A stretch of DNA of 59,919 nt, from NCBI GenBank assembly GCA_964425445.1, contig CAYRLY010000001.1:71537-131455 (forward strand). The letters are read 5' to 3'. Every line of letters starts with the position of its first letter. The first letter of the stretch is position 1. The notes under the pieces were generated by a model. The model saw nothing but the letters and a program-made list of their open reading frames with translations, had not been told where the DNA came from and made no database searches. Positions 22,002 to 31,881 of this stretch are shown piece by piece. Source of the stretch: an uncultured Candidatus Saccharibacteria bacterium. Its GTDB lineage: Bacteria > Patescibacteriota > UBA1384 > XYA2-FULL-43-10 > CAINNR01. A program made the position numbers and the translations under genes.

Positions 22002-23480
22002 ATGTCCGATTTGTTTAGATTATCAATAAAAGAAGCCTCTGAAGGCCTAATGTCTGGGAGTTTTAAACCGACTGAACTTTTAGATTCGGTGGTCAAAAGA
22101 ATCAAAACAGTTGAGCCAAACATTAACGCTTTTATTACAAAAACACTGGACACAGCCAGAGAAGAGGCAAAAAAATCTGATCAAAGATACGAAACCAAGA
22201 GAATACTTTCTGTTTTGGATGGAGTGCCAGTCGCAATTAAAGATGTTTTTTGCACTGAGGGTGTTAAAACTACTGCGGCCTCAAAAATTCTAGAAAATTT
22301 TATTCCGTCATATGACGCCACAGTGATAAAAAAATTGAAAGATGCTGGCGCAATAATTGTTGGCAAGGTAAACACCGATGAATTTACTATGGGATCTTCA
22401 ACAGAAAATTCTGCCTTTGGCGTAACTCATAATCCCTGGGATCTGAGTCGAGTACCTGGTGGTTCGTCTGGTGGTTCGGCTGCTGCTGTTTCTGCCGATG
22501 AATGTTTCTTCGCTCTTGGGACCGATACTGGTGGATCAATCCGGCAGCCATCGAGTTTTTGCTCTGTTACTGGTTTAAAGGTTACTTACGGTTTGATTTC
22601 AAGAAATGGTGTAATTTCTTATGCTTCATCATTTGACACAATCGGTCCAATCGCTAAAAGCGCTGCTGATGTAGCTTTAATTCTGAATGTCATTGCTGGT
22701 AATGATCCAATGGATTCCACGACTGTAAGAAGTAATTTGCCAGACTATTCATCATTTCTTAATAAAAAAATTAAAGGCAAAAAAATCGGTGTCCCAAAAG
22801 AATTTTTTGGCCAGGGTATAGATCCCGAAGTTAATAAAATTATTGAGAATTCACTAGAAACTTTGAAATCTCTTGGCGCTGAAGTTGAAGAAACAAGTTT
22901 GCCATCAACTGATTTAGCAATAGCAATGTATTATATTATCGCTAAGTCTGAGGCTTCATCCAATCTTGCTAGATACGATGGCATAAGATACGGAAAATCC
23001 GAAATTGAAAATCTAGAATCTAAAGTTAACAATTTGATTGAGCTTTATTTTAGTAATCGAACTCTAGGATTTGGTGACGAGGCTAAACGCTCAATTATGA
23101 TGGGGACTCATACTCTCTCGTCTGGCTATCACGACGCATACTATAAAAAGGCCTCCCAAATCAGAACATTAGTCAAAAAAGAATATGAGGAAGCTTTCAG
23201 AAAATATTATGCACTAATTACTCCAGTTTCGCCGTTTCCGGCGTTTAAAATTGGCGAAAAAATTGATGATCCGCTGACAATGTATTTGGCCGATGCTAAC
23301 ACCGTACCGATAAATCCTGCGGGCATTCCAGCGATGTCGGTCCCAGCCGGATTTACAAAAGAAAACTTGCCAGTTGGTATGCAGATAATTGGTCCACATT
23401 TCGGTGAGGGGCAAATTATTGAGGTTGCTGATGCTTTTCAAGAAGCAACAGATTTTCACAAAAAAAAGCCGAATTTATAA
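22002..23480 (+). CDS. gatA: Asp/Glu-tRNA amidotransferase subunit A
   Basis: 492 aa with the amidase signature GGSSGGSAAAVSA...GTDTGGSIRQPS. Confidence 0.94.
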   Translation: MSDLFRLSIKEASEGLMSGSFKPTELLDSVVKRIKTVEPNINAFITKTLDTAREEAKKSDQRYETKRILSVLDGVPVAIKDVFCTEGVKTTAASKILENFIPSYDATVIKKLKDAGAIIVGKVNTDEFTMGSSTENSAFGVTHNPWDLSRVPGGSSGGSAAAVSADECFFALGTDTGGSIRQPSSFCSVTGLKVTYGLISRNGVISYASSFDTIGPIAKSAADVALILNVIAGNDPMDSTTVRSNLPDYSSFLNKKIKGKKIGVPKEFFGQGIDPEVNKIIENSLETLKSLGAEVEETSLPSTDLAIAMYYIIAKSEASSNLARYDGIRYGKSEIENLESKVNNLIELYFSNRTLGFGDEAKRSIMMGTHTLSSGYHDAYYKKASQIRTLVKKEYEEAFRKYYALITPVSPFPAFKIGEKIDDPLTMYLADANTVPINPAGIPAMSVPAGFTKENLPVGMQIIGPHFGEGQIIEVADAFQEATDFHKKKPNL

Positions 23481-23516
23481 TTTGAATAATATTTTCACTA
23501 TCAAAGACAATCAATT

Positions 23517-24842
23517 ATGACAAAAAATAAGGTCATCAAAATATGCCAGGACGAAAAGATCAAATTTATCCATCTGCAATTTTCTGATTTAGATGGAGTT
23601 GTTAAAAGTGTTGAGATGCCTGTTTCCCAATTACCTGACGCACTTGATAACGGCAAATGGTTTGATGGTTCCTCGATAGAAGGTTTTGCTAGAATTGCTG
23701 AAAGCGATATGTTTTTAAAGCCAGATATCTCTACATTTTCCATTTTGCCCTGGAAAAATGGCGATGGATTAAAGTCAGCAAGAATTATCTGTGATGTAAT
23801 GACCCCGGATGGCAAACCATTCGACGGTGATCCGAGAGGAATTTTGAAAAGAAATTTGGACTATGCTTCAAAATATGGCTATGAATATAACGTCGGTCCA
23901 GAGTTGGAATTTTTTCTTTTCAAAAAAAATGATGACGGAGCGCTCGAATTAAATCCGCTTGACTCTGCTGGTTACTTTGATTTTTCTGCTGACTGGGCGA
24001 GTAGTGTTCGCAAAGAGATTTCAAATGCAGCAGAGGCAATGGGCATTGAGATTGAAACGATTCATCACGAAGTATCCAGAAGCCAGCATGAAATAGATTT
24101 TAAATATTGTGACGCGCTAAAAGCGGCTGACAATGTGATAACACTTAGATTTATTGTTAAGGCTGTTGCTGAGAAATTCGGATTGTATGCGACTTTTATG
24201 CCGAAACCGATTTTTGGGATAAATGGCAGTGGGATGCATGTTCATCAAAGTCTTGGCAAAAAAGGTAGAAATGTTTTTTATGATGCAAAAGATGAATACG
24301 GACTATCTAAAATTGCTAAAAGATTCATTGCTGGCCAACTTAAATATGCAAGTGGAATATGCATGATAATGTCGCCATTGGTAAATTCATACAAAAGATT
24401 AGTATCAGGGTTTGAGGCACCGGTTTATCTCTCATGGGCGAGAATAAATCGTTCTGCGCTTATTAGAGTTCCCAGGTTCATCAAACCAGAGGCTTGCAGA
24501 ATTGAACTTAGATCCCCTGATCCATCATGTAATCCGTATCTGGCTTTCTCCGCTATGCTAATCGCTGGATTAACCGGAATAGAAAAGCAGCTTATGATAC
24601 CAGATCCGGTTGAAGAAAATATTTACGAAATGTCAGATGCCGATAGAAAATTAAGAAAGATTCAAACCCTACCTGATTCCTTGGGAAGCGCAATCAAAGA
24701 ATTTGAAAAATCGGATATCGCCAGAAAATCTTTTGGTGATTATTGTTACAGCAGGTTGATCGATTCGAATAAAAAAGAATGGGATGATTATCGTCTGCAG
24801 GTTAGCAATTGGGAGATTGATCAGTATCTTGAAAAATATTAG
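23517..24842 (+). CDS. glnA: Glutamine synthetase type I
   Basis: 441 aa with FDGSSIEGF, KPIFGINGSGMHVHQS and NPYLAF motifs. Confidence 0.93.
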   Translation: MTKNKVIKICQDEKIKFIHLQFSDLDGVVKSVEMPVSQLPDALDNGKWFDGSSIEGFARIAESDMFLKPDISTFSILPWKNGDGLKSARIICDVMTPDGKPFDGDPRGILKRNLDYASKYGYEYNVGPELEFFLFKKNDDGALELNPLDSAGYFDFSADWASSVRKEISNAAEAMGIEIETIHHEVSRSQHEIDFKYCDALKAADNVITLRFIVKAVAEKFGLYATFMPKPIFGINGSGMHVHQSLGKKGRNVFYDAKDEYGLSKIAKRFIAGQLKYASGICMIMSPLVNSYKRLVSGFEAPVYLSWARINRSALIRVPRFIKPEACRIELRSPDPSCNPYLAFSAMLIAGLTGIEKQLMIPDPVEENIYEMSDADRKLRKIQTLPDSLGSAIKEFEKSDIARKSFGDYCYSRLIDSNKKEWDDYRLQVSNWEIDQYLEKY

Positions 24843-24850
24843 GAAATACT

Positions 24851-25498
24851 ATGGGCAAGAAACAGCGCGAAAAAAAAGAGCGAAAATTAGCTGAGATGGA
24901 AATAAGGCGTAATGAGCTTAAAAGCCACTCAGCTGATATCGAAATACTGAAAATTTTTAAATCTGTTGCATTTTATATTTATCTCATCTGCTTTTTGGCA
25001 ATAGCTGCCTATCCTTTTATTTATCAAAAATATATTCCTCACGGGAAATACGCGGTTCTTAACACCTCAATGGGAGAGATCAAAATCGAACTTTATAGAG
25101 ACAAAGCTCCAAAAACTGTTGATAATTTTGTCGATTTAGCAAGGAATAATTTTTACAAAAATATGATCTGGCATCGAGTTGTTAAAAATTTTGTTATACA
25201 AACCGGTGACCCGACCGGAACCGGCACTGGAGGTGCGGGCAGACAGATAGATGATGAGATTTCCGATCTCGCATTTATTGAAGGAACTGTTGGCATGGCT
25301 AACGCCGGTGAAAACACAAATGACAGTCAGTTTTTTATTACTACTGCTGATGTGCAAGAAACATTAAATGGAAAATATACCTCATTCGCTAGAGTGGTGG
25401 AGGGTATGGATATTGTTAAAAAAATATCGGAAGTTGAAATTGGCGAGGACGAAAAACCTCTTACGGATGTATTATTAAATGATGTTAAAATAAAATGA
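24851..25498 (+). CDS. Cyclophilin-type peptidyl-prolyl isomerase with an N-terminal membrane anchor
   Basis: FHRV-like core (WHRVVKNFVIQTGDPTGTGTGG, GTVGMANAGENTNDSQFFI) following a TM segment. Confidence 0.85.
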   Translation: MGKKQREKKERKLAEMEIRRNELKSHSADIEILKIFKSVAFYIYLICFLAIAAYPFIYQKYIPHGKYAVLNTSMGEIKIELYRDKAPKTVDNFVDLARNNFYKNMIWHRVVKNFVIQTGDPTGTGTGGAGRQIDDEISDLAFIEGTVGMANAGENTNDSQFFITTADVQETLNGKYTSFARVVEGMDIVKKISEVEIGEDEKPLTDVLLNDVKIK

Positions 25499-25929
25499 TT
25501 GCCAGAAAATCAAAAGGAAGCATTGAACAAAAAATTATAGTTGGTTTTTTTCGTGGTCTGTGGTGGCTGGTCAAGTTGCCGTTTTCTGGTTTTAAAAGAA
25601 AGCCGGGGCTTTCTGTTTCTGATCAACAATACCTGATTTCGAAAAAAAACGAGATAGAGGAGTTGCTTCATTCTGACAATCAAATCGAATTACGTCATGC
25701 AGTTATGGAGGCGGATAAGTTAATCGATTGGATACTGAAAAAAAAGGGTTATTCCGGGGTCACTTTTGCTGACAGATTGAGATCTGCAGAGAAAGATATC
25801 CCCGAGGATATTTACAATAATATTTGGCAAGGGCACAAGATCAGAAATCAGATTGCCCATGAAGATAGAGATATTAATTTAGAAATTTTAAAAGCTTCGG
25901 CAAAAAAAATACTCTCATATAATGGATAA
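25495..25929 (+). CDS. Hypothetical protein
   Basis: 144-aa ORF, translationally coupled (ATGA overlap) between the PPIase gene and gatB. No family recognised. Confidence 0.45.
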   Translation: MIARKSKGSIEQKIIVGFFRGLWWLVKLPFSGFKRKPGLSVSDQQYLISKKNEIEELLHSDNQIELRHAVMEADKLIDWILKKKGYSGVTFADRLRSAEKDIPEDIYNNIWQGHKIRNQIAHEDRDINLEILKASAKKILSYNG

Positions 25930-27358
25930 AAAGATGACTGATTTTAAGACTACAATTGGTTTAGAGATTCACGTTCAGCTAAAAACTGAAAGCAAGATGT
26001 TTTGTTCGTGTGATAACAATGCCCAAGATGCAGAACCTAATACTTTGATCTGTCCTGTTTGCCTAGCAATGCCAGGTACATTGCCTGTCGCCAATAAAGA
26101 AGCGATTGACATGACAATAAAAACTGGCCTAGCTTTTAACTCAGATGTTCCAGAAGAATCAAAATTTGACCGAAAACACTATTTTTATCCAGATTTACCC
26201 AAAGGTTATCAGATATCTCAGTATGACAAGCCACTTTGTAAGGGTGGAGAGATTCAAGTTGGTGATGAAACAATAACTTTAAATCGTATTCATCTCGAAG
26301 AAGATGCCGGAAAATTGACTCATCCTGTTGGGAAAAATTATTCTCTGGTTGATCTTAATCGGGCAGGAACACCACTTATGGAGATTGTGACAGAGCCCGA
26401 TATTAGCTCCCCCAGTCAAGCAAAAAAGTTCTTGCAGGAGCTTCAACTTGCCTTGCGCTATCTTAATGTTTCCGATGCCGATATGGAAAAGGGTCATTTG
26501 CGATGCGACGCAAATATCTCCGTTCAGAGAGGCGATAAATCGTCACCGATAATTGAAATTAAAAATCTTAACTCTTTTAAATTTGTCGAACAAGCTCTCT
26601 CTTATGAATCAAAAAGACTTTCTAATGATTATTCTAACTGGGAAGTAAAAAGAGTCAAAATTACTCGCGGATTTGATTCCCAAAAGGGTGTAACTTTTGA
26701 GCAGCGCCATAAGGAAGAGGCTGCTGATTATCGTTATTTCCCTGAGCCAGATATTCCACCAATAAAAATCGATAAAAAATATGTCGATCAAATTAGATCG
26801 CAAATGGTAGAGTTGCCTAGGAATAAAAAAGAAAGATATGTCAAAGTTGGGATTCGTCCAGATGTAGCAGATAAAATCATTTCAAATCCAAATATTGCGG
26901 AGTATTTGGAGACATCTGATATGCTTAAGAAGGAACTTGCCCACTTCATCTCTGAAGAAGTCACTGCTGCAATAGCAAAATCAAAAATCACTTTCGATGA
27001 GTATAAAAAACGGGTTCCAATTACTGCTATCGCTGATCTTTTAAATTTAGTTGGATCGGGAATGATCAGCAAAACTGCCGCTAAATCAATATTTTCTAGA
27101 ATGGTTGATACCGGCAAAAGTCCAAAAGAGATAATCGAAGAGAGTGACTCGGCGCAGATCAGTGACTCTGACGAACTTAATGCTATAGTGGCGGAAACAG
27201 TGAATAATAATCCGGATTTAGCTGAAAAATATCGTCTTGGAAAAACTCAGGTTCTTGGTTTTTTTGTCGGAGATATTATGAAAAAAACCAGTGGCCGAGC
27301 GAATCCCCAACTATTAAATAAATTGCTAAAGGAGTATCTAGATGGAAACAATAACTAA
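25922..27358 (+). CDS. gatB: Asp/Glu-tRNA amidotransferase subunit B
   Basis: 478 aa with IGLEIHVQL, Cys cluster CSCD...CPVCLAMPGTLP, HLEEDAGK and a YqeY-like tail. The start is 25922 or ATG 25934. Confidence 0.93.
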   Translation: MDKKMTDFKTTIGLEIHVQLKTESKMFCSCDNNAQDAEPNTLICPVCLAMPGTLPVANKEAIDMTIKTGLAFNSDVPEESKFDRKHYFYPDLPKGYQISQYDKPLCKGGEIQVGDETITLNRIHLEEDAGKLTHPVGKNYSLVDLNRAGTPLMEIVTEPDISSPSQAKKFLQELQLALRYLNVSDADMEKGHLRCDANISVQRGDKSSPIIEIKNLNSFKFVEQALSYESKRLSNDYSNWEVKRVKITRGFDSQKGVTFEQRHKEEAADYRYFPEPDIPPIKIDKKYVDQIRSQMVELPRNKKERYVKVGIRPDVADKIISNPNIAEYLETSDMLKKELAHFISEEVTAAIAKSKITFDEYKKRVPITAIADLLNLVGSGMISKTAAKSIFSRMVDTGKSPKEIIEESDSAQISDSDELNAIVAETVNNNPDLAEKYRLGKTQVLGFFVGDIMKKTSGRANPQLLNKLLKEYLDGNNN

Positions 27359-27926
27359 TGTCCTTAATTCTTTCTGGTTGCCAGTTTATAACTTCTTGCC
27401 GAAGTTACCGACATTAATTTTGATTGTATTACTTGGATATTTAATTATTCAGATAATTTATTGGATATTAAACCGCGCCTTAAAATTATCAAAGATTCCA
27501 CGAGCACTAATTGGTGTTATCGCTTCCCTTTCATTAATTATAATGTGGGTAATATTGTTTGCTGAAATTGCTCGGCAGCTTGGTATGGGTAGTTTGGCAG
27601 TAACAATTTCTGGTTCCTTGGCAGTTTTAGCTTTGGCACTGGCTTCCGGCGCCTCTGGACTGGCAGGTGATATAATTGCCGGTGTTTTTCTGGCCAGAGA
27701 CAGTGATTTTGAAATTGGCTTTCGTATAAGAATTGGTGGCATTGAAGGTATTATTCAAAAGATTGATATTAGAAAAATTCGCGTCGTTGATGATAAAGGT
27801 GATATCCATATCTTCCCAAACACGAAATTGGATAAAGAAGGATGGGTGATTGTTTCTCAGAATGTTGAAGACAACAAGGATGATTTGAAAAAAATTATTG
27901 CAAAAAATGAAGATAAACAAAAATAA
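27342..27926 (+). CDS. Small mechanosensitive-channel (MscS-like) family protein
   Basis: 194 aa with three TM helices followed by a beta-domain pattern (IRIGGIEGIIQKIDIRKIRVVDDKGDIHIFPN). Confidence 0.6.
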   Translation: METITNVLNSFWLPVYNFLPKLPTLILIVLLGYLIIQIIYWILNRALKLSKIPRALIGVIASLSLIIMWVILFAEIARQLGMGSLAVTISGSLAVLALALASGASGLAGDIIAGVFLARDSDFEIGFRIRIGGIEGIIQKIDIRKIRVVDDKGDIHIFPNTKLDKEGWVIVSQNVEDNKDDLKKIIAKNEDKQK

Positions 27927-27936
27927 AGGAGAAGTA

Positions 27937-29145
27937 ATGACAAAAATTGTCTATGAAAATAACGGTGAAGTAGAAATGAAAAAAAGCGTAAATCGTAGCA
28001 ACAAGTTCTGGAAGATTATTTGTATTATTGTCATCAGCCTAATTTTTGGTGCTATTAGTGGTGTTGGTAGTGTCATACTTTTGTCAAAAGACAACGGCGC
28101 GATTGCTAAAAAGATTGGTTTTAAGAATTGGGATAATTTATCAATTCCGATGACTGAAACAAAAAAAATTGTCATAGAAGAATCTGGTGCAATAGTAGAC
28201 ACCGTTGAAAAAATGTCTCCGGCTGTGGTTTCAATTGTTTCAAAATCAAAGATGCAAAATATTTTTGGTGATGTTGTAACTCAAGAGGGTGGTGGCACCG
28301 GTTTTATAATCACTAGCGATGGATTGATATTAACCAACAAACATGTTGTTTCAGACACTGGAGCTACATACTCAGTAATTTTATCAGATGGTAAAAACTA
28401 TGATGCAAAAGTGCAGTCGATCGATCCATTAAATGATTTAGCAGTGGTAAAAATTGAAGCGAGAAATTTGCCAGTTGTTGAATTGGGAGATTCCGATCAA
28501 CTGGTCGTTGGCCAATGGGTAGTTGCTGTTGGCAACGCCCTTGGTAAGTATCAAAACACCGTCACTGTTGGGATTGTGTCGGCCAAAGAGAGACAAGTAG
28601 AAGCAAGCGACCCCTCAAGCGGGAGTACTGAGAGTCTCCAGGGTATGTTGCAAACCGATGCGGCGATAAATTCTGGAAATTCCGGCGGTCCTTTGGTTAA
28701 TTTGCACGGTCAGGTTGTTGGTATAAATACGGCAGTTGCCTCAAATGCTCAAGGAATCGGTTTCGCAATTCCGATTAATGCAGCGAAAAAAGCAATTGAT
28801 AGTATCAAGAAATCAGGGAAAATTATTCGTCCTTATCTTGGCGTTAGATATTTGCCGATTACTCCTGATTTAGCTAAAACAAGCAACCTAAAATACGATT
28901 ATGGCGCTTTAGTAATTAAGGGTAATGGTTTGGGTCAGGTAGCAGTAATTCCTGGGAGTCCAGCTGACAAGGCCGGAATAGTGGAAAACGACATTATTCT
29001 TGAGATAAATGGTCAAAGAATTAATAGCGAGAGTAGCCTGTCAAGTTTATTGCAGAGACATGATGTAGGAAACACGATAACTCTAAAAATATTCCATGAT
29101 GATGGTGAGATAGATGTCAAAGTTACTTTGGAAGAAATGAAATAA
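27937..29145 (+). CDS. htrA: HtrA/DegP-family serine protease with PDZ domain
   Basis: TM anchor, trypsin-like core (TNKHV, DLAVVKI, GNSGGPL) and C-terminal PDZ. ATG 27937 follows AAGGAG and avoids overlap with the upstream gene. Confidence 0.88.
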   Translation: MTKIVYENNGEVEMKKSVNRSNKFWKIICIIVISLIFGAISGVGSVILLSKDNGAIAKKIGFKNWDNLSIPMTETKKIVIEESGAIVDTVEKMSPAVVSIVSKSKMQNIFGDVVTQEGGGTGFIITSDGLILTNKHVVSDTGATYSVILSDGKNYDAKVQSIDPLNDLAVVKIEARNLPVVELGDSDQLVVGQWVVAVGNALGKYQNTVTVGIVSAKERQVEASDPSSGSTESLQGMLQTDAAINSGNSGGPLVNLHGQVVGINTAVASNAQGIGFAIPINAAKKAIDSIKKSGKIIRPYLGVRYLPITPDLAKTSNLKYDYGALVIKGNGLGQVAVIPGSPADKAGIVENDIILEINGQRINSESSLSSLLQRHDVGNTITLKIFHDDGEIDVKVTLEEMK

Positions 29146-29173
29146 CTTTTTCTGGAATTGATTGGTGTTTTTT

Positions 29174-29201
29174 GCTGGCTCTCCTTACAAGGAGAGCCAG
29201 C
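29174..29201. terminator. Strong hairpin downstream of htrA, convergent with the small GC-rich gene
   Basis: GCTGGCTCTCC-TTACAA-GGAGAGCCAGC has an 11-bp stem and is followed by TTT on the + strand. Confidence 0.65.
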
Positions 29202-29219
29202 TTTAGTTCTGGACTCTTC

Positions 29220-29444
29220 CTATGCCACATGAGCAGAGGCCTTCTTCCGTTTTTTCGAGTGCGAGTCGAAGATCCTTTTGCGCTCCTTTCCGGTGATCCA
29301 GACCCCGATTTCGAATGGGTGTTCTACTATGAAGCAGCCTTTTGGACAAAGCAACAGTAGACCACTCACCTCTAGCCGGCAGCCTGGGTGTTTGGGACAA
29401 TATTCGGGCGCGTTGCGCCTGGCGAAATTGTCTGGTAGCGCCAC
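29220..29444 (-). CDS. GC-rich Cys-rich mini-protein (74 aa), possible zinc-ribbon
   Basis: GTG 29444 lies 10 nt after AGGAGG (rc of 29455-29460). Sequence: (M)ALPDNFARRNAPEYCPKHPGCRLEVSGLLLLCPKGCFIVEHPF...KKRKKASAHVA. It is immediately downstream of prmC on the same strand. The track's longer TTG start lacks an SD. Confidence 0.45.
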   Translation of the reverse strand: MALPDNFARRNAPEYCPKHPGCRLEVSGLLLLCPKGCFIVEHPFEIGVWITGKERKRIFDSHSKKRKKASAHVA

Positions 29445-29521
29445 TGTTGTCTCACCTCCTTTATACTGAGATGCCGCGCAGATCGATAGGAAGAGTTCGA
29501 TTTGAAAATACAATAAAACAA

Positions 29522-30370
29522 CTAATTTGACAAGATTGAGAGCAGTCTTAATTTATTAGATAAATCGATAAAAGTTTTTGTATCAGAATAGGTTTGTAGA
29601 GCGTATTCTTGAATTTTTTTAATATTTCTCGGATCCGCTTCAATCAGAATTTCACCGTTTTTTGCCAGGTGTTTTTTCGCTTGTTTTAAAAACCTTAAAA
29701 TTGTTGTTGCCCCATCTCTACCGGAGAATATCGCCTCTTTCGGTTCAAATCTAATTTCATCATTCCCTGATTCACCTTCAGGAACATAGGGCAAATTAGC
29801 AATGATCAAATCAAATTTGCCTCGAATATTTGAAAATAAATCAGATTTTTTAAAACTTATTTTTGTTTGATGTTTTTTGTTGTTTTTCTTTGCGACTCTC
29901 AACGCTTCATCTGAAATATCGGAAGCAAAAAATATAATTTTTTGGTTAATTGACGTAGTATTTTTTGCAATAGAAATTATGATATTTCCTGAACCTGTTC
30001 CGATATCCAAAATAGATAGTTCTCTGTTTTTGTTTGCCTCGATAAATTCCAGAGCTTTTTCTACAATTAATTCAGTTTCTGGACGAGGTATGAGGGTATC
30101 GGGAGAAACCTCAAAATCTAGACCGAAAAATTCTTTTTCCCCGGTTATGTAAGAGATGGGATAATGTGTAGAGCGTAATCTAACTATTTTTTTAATTCTT
30201 ACGATTTCACTCTTTTTTAGCTCACAATCAGGGTTTGAAAGCAAGAATTCGCGCGATTTTTTGGTCACAAACTCAAAAATTATTTGAGCATCTATTTCCG
30301 CGGAAGATATCCTATTTTCTTTTAGTTCTTTAACAGTTTTTTTATAAAAATCTAAGAAAGTATTATTCAT
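29522..30370 (-). CDS. prmC: Release-factor glutamine N5-methyltransferase
   Basis: 282 aa with SAM motif [11 protein letters not shown] and an NPPY-like motif (ANLPYVP). Its start overlaps the prfA stop. Confidence 0.85.
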   Translation of the reverse strand: MNNTFLDFYKKTVKELKENRISSAEIDAQIIFEFVTKKSREFLLSNPDCELKKSEIVRIKKIVRLRSTHYPISYITGEKEFFGLDFEVSPDTLIPRPETELIVEKALEFIEANKNRELSILDIGTGSGNIIISIAKNTTSINQKIIFFASDISDEALRVAKKNNKKHQTKISFKKSDLFSNIRGKFDLIIANLPYVPEGESGNDEIRFEPKEAIFSGRDGATTILRFLKQAKKHLAKNGEILIEADPRNIKKIQEYALQTYSDTKTFIDLSNKLRLLSILSN

Positions 30371-31436
30371 CTTCTTGTGTATCTAGCAGACGCTTTTTGT
30401 CTTCTTCAATTAATGAGGAAATTATTGATTCCAAATCGCCGGCTAAAATTTTTGCTATACCGTGCCAGCTCTGATTTATTCGATGGTCGGTAATTCTGTC
30501 TTGAGGAAAGTTATATGTTCTGATTTTTTCGCTTCTGTCTCCGGTGCCAATCTGCGATCTTCGTTTGTCTCCCATTTCACGTTGCTTTTTTTCTTCTTCC
30601 AGAGCAAGAATTCTGGAGCGCAAAATTGACATTGCTTTATTTTTGTTTTTTAATTGAGACTTTTCATCCTGGCAGGTGATTACCATGCCGGTTGGCAAGT
30701 GAGTAATCCGAACGGCTGAATCAGTGGTGTTTACTGATTGCCCTCCGGGACCGGATGACCGGAAAACATCAACTCTTATATCCTCGGGTCTGATTTCAAC
30801 ATCCGCTTCTTCTGCTTCAGGAAGAACAGCAACTGTAATTGTTGAAGTATGAATCCGACCTGATTTTTCTGTTTCCGGAACTCTCTGAACTCTGTGTACT
30901 CCTGATTCATATTTCATCTTGGAATAAACATTGTCGCCTGATATTTTAAAAGCAATTGATTTTATTCCACCGATTGACGAATTTTGCGAATCAAGTATTT
31001 CTATTGTCCAGAGATTATTTTCTGCATAGTGACTATACATGCGAAAGATTTCGGCGGCAAAAAGCTCCGATTCGTCTCCACCAGCAGCCGGCCGAATCTC
31101 AATAATCACATTTTTTTGATCATTTGGGTCTGCCGGAATTAAAAGCAGATGAAGCTCTTTTTCAAGAATTTCCTTTTCCTTTTCTAAGTCGACTAATTCA
31201 AGCTTGGCGATTTCTGCTAATTCTGGTTCGTCAGAATAAATAATCTCCTGATTTTCAGAAATATTTTTTACAATATTGAAATAGCGTTCGATTTTTTTTG
31301 CATCATTTTCTAAATTTGTCTTTTCTTTTGAAAGCTTAGAAAGTTTTTCCGAATCAGAAAGATTTGCTGGATCTGATAGCTCTTTCTCCAAAAGTTTATA
31401 ATTTTCCAAAATTTTTTCTAATTTTTCTTTCATCAT
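30363..31436 (-). CDS. prfA: Peptide chain release factor 1
   Basis: 357 aa with GGQ motif [23 protein letters not shown] and the RF1-type region [17 protein letters not shown]. Confidence 0.93.
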   Translation of the reverse strand: MMKEKLEKILENYKLLEKELSDPANLSDSEKLSKLSKEKTNLENDAKKIERYFNIVKNISENQEIIYSDEPELAEIAKLELVDLEKEKEILEKELHLLLIPADPNDQKNVIIEIRPAAGGDESELFAAEIFRMYSHYAENNLWTIEILDSQNSSIGGIKSIAFKISGDNVYSKMKYESGVHRVQRVPETEKSGRIHTSTITVAVLPEAEEADVEIRPEDIRVDVFRSSGPGGQSVNTTDSAVRITHLPTGMVITCQDEKSQLKNKNKAMSILRSRILALEEEKKQREMGDKRRSQIGTGDRSEKIRTYNFPQDRITDHRINQSWHGIAKILAGDLESIISSLIEEDKKRLLDTQEDE

Positions 31437-31489
31437 TTTAAAAAACCAGTTTATATTTAATAACTGGTTTCATTATACCTTAAATTTGA

Positions 31490-31732
31490 TTAGCTATCTT
31501 TGTTCTCAGTTGTTTTTTTTGCCTTGAACTTTTCAGCGGCGGCAACCCTGGCTTTAAATTTATCAACTCTGCCAGCGGTATCAATGAGTTTTTCCTTGCC
31601 GGTAAAATATGGATGACAGGCAGAGCAAATTTCAACCTGAATATCTTTTGTTGTTGAATTTACCTCAAAAACATTGCCACAAGAGCAGGTAACAGATGTT
31701 TTTTCGTAATTTGGATGAATATTTTTTTTCAT
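31490..31732 (-). CDS. rpmE: Ribosomal protein L31 (Zn-binding type)
   Basis: MKKNIHPNY...CSCG...[10 protein letters not shown] is canonical L31. Confidence 0.9.
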   Translation of the reverse strand: MKKNIHPNYEKTSVTCSCGNVFEVNSTTKDIQVEICSACHPYFTGKEKLIDTAGRVDKFKARVAAAEKFKAKKTTENKDS

Positions 31733-31755
31733 AACAAAAATAGTTTATCAGAATA

Positions 31756-31784
31756 TTGATATTTATGCAAGGGTGTGCTAGAAT
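31756..31784 (+). promoter_or_regulatory. Sigma70-like promoter for rpsB-tsf-frr
   Basis: TTGATA-N17-TAGAAT, about 100 nt upstream of rpsB. Confidence 0.45.
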
Positions 31785-31815
31785 TAATTCGTCAAGAAAA
31801 AAAATTAATTTCACA

Positions 31816-31857
31816 CGCCTCTCTAGTACTTCTTCCCCCAAGGGGGATTGTGAGGCG
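31816..31857 (+). promoter_or_regulatory. Structured rpsB 5' leader (nested hairpin)
   Basis: CGCCTC (31816-21) pairs with GAGGCG (31852-57). This encloses a CCCCC-AA-GGGGG hairpin (31835-46) and abuts the SD. S2 autoregulation through a leader structure is known in other bacteria. Confidence 0.3.
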
Positions 31858-31881
31858 GAGGATAAAAGAAGGAGAATGTAA

